DNA from: Archaeoglobaceae archaeon
Lineage (GTDB): Archaea > Halobacteriota > Archaeoglobi > Archaeoglobales > Archaeoglobaceae
Direction of reading: 5' to 3'
Length of the DNA stretch: 45,448 nucleotides
NCBI GenBank assembly: GCA_046537735.1
Contig: JBKHKH010000001.1
Span: forward strand, 1-45,448
Shown here piece after piece: positions 42,049 through 45,448 of this stretch. The notes beneath the pieces were generated by a model. The model was not told the DNA's origin, ran no database searches, and saw only the letters and a program-made list of their open reading frames with translations. Each line of letters starts with the position of its first letter. Positions within the stretch are counted from its first letter, which is position 1. Position numbers and translations under genes: made by a program.

Positions 42049-43086
42049 ATGGGGAAAAACGGATATAAACATATGGCAGAACTTTCCGCTATGGTACATA
42101 ATGCTGACATTGATCCTATTGTGATAGAAGATCTCACCAAGAAATTTGGTGAGTTCACCGCGGTGGACTCCATAAATTTTACAGTGAATAAAGAAGAGAT
42201 ATTTGGTTTGCTGGGGCCTAATGGTGCGGGTAAAACCACTGTTATAAAAATACTGGTTACTTTAATGAAACCCACCAGTGGTAGAGCACGGGTTGCGGGT
42301 TATGATGTGGTCAAAGACTCTCATCTGGTCAGAAAGAATATAGGCATTGTATTCCAGGAGCCGACCCTGGATGTGGAGCTTACAGCAAGAGAAAACCTCG
42401 ATTTTCATGCCAGACTTTATGGCATAGGCAGGGTCAAGAGGGAAGAGAGGATAGAAGAGGTACTTGAGCTGGTTGAGCTATCGGATAGAGCTAATGAGGT
42501 TGTGAAGAATTTCAGTGGAGGCATGCAGAGGAGACTGGAGATAGCCAGAGGATTGATCCATTTCCCCACAGTTCTTTTTCTTGATGAGCCCACTCTGGGG
42601 CTTGATGTCCAGACCAGACGGAGAATTTGGGATTATATGTCTGAAATGAGCAAAAGAGAGGGCATAACCACTATCCTGACCACCCACTATATTGAGGAGG
42701 CAGAAAAGCTGTGTGATAGGGTTGCAGTGGTGGATGTGGGAAAGATAATCGCTATAGACACTCCTGAGAACTTGAAGAAAAGAATAGGTGGGGATATAAT
42801 CTCCCTTAGAGTAGAAGAAGGCTCAGCTAAACTAAAACAAAAATTAAACGAATTAAAGGGTGTAAAGACCATTACCAGTTTTGATGGGGGTATCGAACTC
42901 AACATGGAGAGAGGCGATGAGAGGATCCCGGAAATAATATCAATATCACAGTCCACCGGGGTGGAAATAGGCTCGGTGTCCATGAGGAAGCCTACTCTGG
43001 AGGACGTATTCATAAAACTGACAGGAAGGAAGATCAGGGAGGGAGGAGAACCGGCGAAGCCCTGGATGAGGAGGAGAGCAATATGA
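42049..43086 (+). CDS. ABC-2 type (DrrA-like) transporter ATP-binding protein
   Basis: Walker A GPNGAGKTT, signature FSGGMQRRLEIARGL, Walker B VLFLDEPTLGLD, H-loop TTHY, plus a C-terminal regulatory-like domain. Confidence 0.9.
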   Translation: MGKNGYKHMAELSAMVHNADIDPIVIEDLTKKFGEFTAVDSINFTVNKEEIFGLLGPNGAGKTTVIKILVTLMKPTSGRARVAGYDVVKDSHLVRKNIGIVFQEPTLDVELTARENLDFHARLYGIGRVKREERIEEVLELVELSDRANEVVKNFSGGMQRRLEIARGLIHFPTVLFLDEPTLGLDVQTRRRIWDYMSEMSKREGITTILTTHYIEEAEKLCDRVAVVDVGKIIAIDTPENLKKRIGGDIISLRVEEGSAKLKQKLNELKGVKTITSFDGGIELNMERGDERIPEIISISQSTGVEIGSVSMRKPTLEDVFIKLTGRKIREGGEPAKPWMRRRAI

Positions 43087-43844
43087 TAGAGCCGCAGGGA
43101 ATATACATATTGTGGTTGAGAGACCTCAAGAGATACTTCAGGGCCAGAAGTAGAGTCATTGGCTCTCTTGGCATGCCGTTCTTCTTTCTGGCCTTCCTGG
43201 GAGTGGGATTTAGAAGGGTGGAGTTTCCTGGTCTATCAGATGTTCAATATGTGGATTTCCTCACCCCTGGAATAGTTGCGATGGTGATCCTGTTCTCCTC
43301 CGTGTTCTCCGGCATTTCTGTTGTATGGGACAGACAGTTCGGATTTCTGAGAGAAATAATGGTCTCACCGGTCAGCAGGGTGACCATAGCTCTGGGGAGG
43401 ATCTTTGGAGGAGCCACTACTGCTCTCATTCAGGGAGCACTCTTGATGGCCGTAAGCAGCCTTGTAGGATTTTTACCTCCACTGGGAGGAGTTCCATTTG
43501 CTTTAGTGTTCATGTTGCTCACTTCTATAGGCTTTACAGGAGTAGGGGTTATCTTTGCCACTTTCATGAGGGATGTACATGGTTTTCCCCTGGTCATCAA
43601 CTTCTTCATCTTCCCCTTGTTCTTCTTATCCGGGGCGATCTTCCCCATTACGGAGTTCCCTCAATGGGTGAAGTGGATAGCCTACATCAATCCTCTTACT
43701 TACTGCGTTGATGGGATGAGATGGAGCCTGATAAACTACTCGGACATCAATCCCCTGATCGATTTCTCCGTTCCCTTACTGTTCAGTCTGGCGACCATTA
43801 TACTGGCATCCTACTTCTTCTCCAAAATGGATCTATCCGTTTAA
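43083..43844 (+). CDS. ABC-2 type transporter permease
   Basis: Six TM helices and an N-terminal LRDLKRYFR pattern. 4-nt overlap (ATGA) with the ATPase gene. Confidence 0.87.
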   Translation: MIEPQGIYILWLRDLKRYFRARSRVIGSLGMPFFFLAFLGVGFRRVEFPGLSDVQYVDFLTPGIVAMVILFSSVFSGISVVWDRQFGFLREIMVSPVSRVTIALGRIFGGATTALIQGALLMAVSSLVGFLPPLGGVPFALVFMLLTSIGFTGVGVIFATFMRDVHGFPLVINFFIFPLFFLSGAIFPITEFPQWVKWIAYINPLTYCVDGMRWSLINYSDINPLIDFSVPLLFSLATIILASYFFSKMDLSV

Positions 43845-43914
43845 TGTTTGAATGTTTAATTTAATGTTCGATCTTTTTAGTTATGCTCTAAATTTAAATA
43901 CATGTTCTTGAAGG

Positions 43915-44754
43915 GTGGCTCTAATGGAGACCTTAGGCATGGATATCTACTCCGGCATCTATCAGTTCATTCAGAGATATTATATCGATTCCATCGTGAA
44001 TAAAACCGGTTATAATCCTGTGAACACCATTACGTGGGCCATTATACTGGTTATAGTTGTAATACTGGTTTACAGGACATTAAGAAGATATGATGTAAGT
44101 TTTGACTGGAAGTTTGCTGCTGGCAACATCCCATTCATTCTTTTAGGAGCTTCAGTCAGGGTTGTGGAGGACGCTGGCTTCTTGCAGCCGCCAATCTCTT
44201 ATTTCTTCATGACCCCTTTGATCTACCTCGTTATCTTCCTTATAGCGTTCCCCACCCTTTTGATCTCGCTTAGGGTGAGGAGGGAAGATTACTGGAAGCA
44301 CTACGGATCTGTAGGTCTAATCCTGTCTATAGCCGTTCTTATATTGCTTTTCTGGGAGCTTCAGCCGGTCAACTGGTGGATAATCCCTGTAACTCTATTG
44401 CTTGCTGCATTGTTCACTATTGCGTACAATCAGATAACGGCAAGGGTTTACAGCCCCATGAACAACATATTGAGCAACAGCATATTCTGCTCTCACATGG
44501 TAGATGGATTTGCCACTTTTCTGGGCATACAGTTCTTGGGCTACTGGGAGCTGCACGTCCTCCCCAGGTTCCTTATAGACGTCTTTGGTCCCTGGGTCAT
44601 GATACCCACCAAGGTGATAATCTTTGTGGGCATATTGTATGTGCTGGACTCCATGGAAGAAGACCATATGAAGGGCTTCGTGAAGTTTGTGTTAATAGTG
44701 CTGGGGCTGGCGCCAGGCTTAAGAGATGCCTTGAGGATGGCATTCCAGGTATAA
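43915..44754 (+). CDS. DUF63 family archaeal membrane protein
   Basis: YNPVNTITWAIILVI...VRVVEDAG pattern and about 7 TM helices, as in archaeal DUF63 proteins. Confidence 0.65.
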   Translation: MALMETLGMDIYSGIYQFIQRYYIDSIVNKTGYNPVNTITWAIILVIVVILVYRTLRRYDVSFDWKFAAGNIPFILLGASVRVVEDAGFLQPPISYFFMTPLIYLVIFLIAFPTLLISLRVRREDYWKHYGSVGLILSIAVLILLFWELQPVNWWIIPVTLLLAALFTIAYNQITARVYSPMNNILSNSIFCSHMVDGFATFLGIQFLGYWELHVLPRFLIDVFGPWVMIPTKVIIFVGILYVLDSMEEDHMKGFVKFVLIVLGLAPGLRDALRMAFQV

Positions 44755-44813
44755 GTTCAAAGACCAGAGGCTTACAAAAAAAAGTTTATATGCATTTTAA
44801 GTAAAAAATCGCT

Positions 44814-45392
44814 ATGCCCGATGAACTCAGCTTCAAAAAGATATACCCTTATTTTATATTGTTCGCTATCTTGTTCTTCTCTTCGGGAGCTTCCGGTTAC
44901 TTTTATGCTCAATCTCATCCCGAAATGGCAAGTGAGAGCTTTAACACGCTCTCCCAGCAGTTCGAAGTTATCGAAGAGTTTCATCCTCTACTTATATTCC
45001 TGTTCATTTTTTTCAACAATTCCGTAAAAGCGTTGATAGCTACTGCAACCGGTCTCTTCTTTGGGTTAAGCCCTATCTTCTTCATAACCTTCAACGGCTA
45101 TATTATTGGTCTGGTAGTCTATGTAGGCGGAGCCAATATTGGGGCAGACCAGATTCTGATGCGGCTCATCCCCCACGGAATATTTGAGGTACCAGCCATT
45201 CTTCTGGCATGCAGTTACGGCCTGTGGACAGGAAAACAGTTCTACAGAAGAACTATCAGGAAAGAGGACATCTCCATCAAATCAACACTCCTTAAAGCAA
45301 GTTACAAGTGTTTGAGGGTCGTGTTTCCTTTGTTGCTTGTGGCTGCGGTGGTGGAGACCTTTATAACTCCCCTAATAGCAGGGATAGTCTAA
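44814..45392 (+). CDS. SpoIIM/DUF95-like membrane protein
   Basis: Multi-TM protein with FNNSVKA... and LIPHGIFEVPAILLACSYGL, the conserved core of the SpoIIM-like family. Confidence 0.78.
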   Translation: MPDELSFKKIYPYFILFAILFFSSGASGYFYAQSHPEMASESFNTLSQQFEVIEEFHPLLIFLFIFFNNSVKALIATATGLFFGLSPIFFITFNGYIIGLVVYVGGANIGADQILMRLIPHGIFEVPAILLACSYGLWTGKQFYRRTIRKEDISIKSTLLKASYKCLRVVFPLLLVAAVVETFITPLIAGIV

Positions 45393-45448
45393 TTCAATAT
45401 ATGCTAATCAATATATGGATAAGTCCATTTGTGTTAAATGTTTGGTTA

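Noticed and set aside
1-45448. CRISPR arrays, cas genes, transposases, integrases, IS ends or prophage genes
   Set aside because: Reading all intergenic gaps showed no regularly spaced direct repeats. None of the ORF translations carries transposase (DDE), integrase (R..HxxR..Y) or Cas motifs that I can recognise.

Overview
This is a densely coded chromosomal window of about 55 genes from an archaeon, most likely a euryarchaeote of the methanogen / Methanosarcinales-like grade. Supporting genes are archaeal type II GAPDH, aIF2-beta, archease, DUF211, DUF424, DUF63, TrmB and Lrp/AsnC regulators, archaeal-type ProRS and a tRNA without encoded CCA. TATA-like boxes lie roughly 25-30 nt upstream of several start codons. 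Housekeeping genes (gap, aIF2-beta, argG, panE, proS, argS, tRNA-Asn) are interleaved with envelope and transport genes. I saw no CRISPR array, transposase, integrase or recognisable defence gene. Four items stand out. (i) An 11-gene, 14 kb same-strand cluster (8075-22184) has three paralogous proteins (signal peptide + CARDB/COG1361-like repeats + C-terminal anchor), each immediately upstream of a different exporter: MMPL/RND, double-FtsX ABC and MacB-like ABC. A TetR regulator, a CPBP intramembrane protease and a Yip1 protein are embedded in it. (ii) A 4-TM protein with a long acidic tail is tightly coupled to a divergent actin-fold ATPase (6089-7902). (iii) A membrane GAF-PAS-GAF sensor with Cys pairs ends in a His-less DHp-like helix and has no kinase domain (33971-35713). 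It is followed by a TATA / hairpin / T-run unit that looks like a small RNA gene. (iv) There are several orphan, Cys-rich or decayed small genes. All functional calls come from motif recognition by eye; no database search or folding computation was run.
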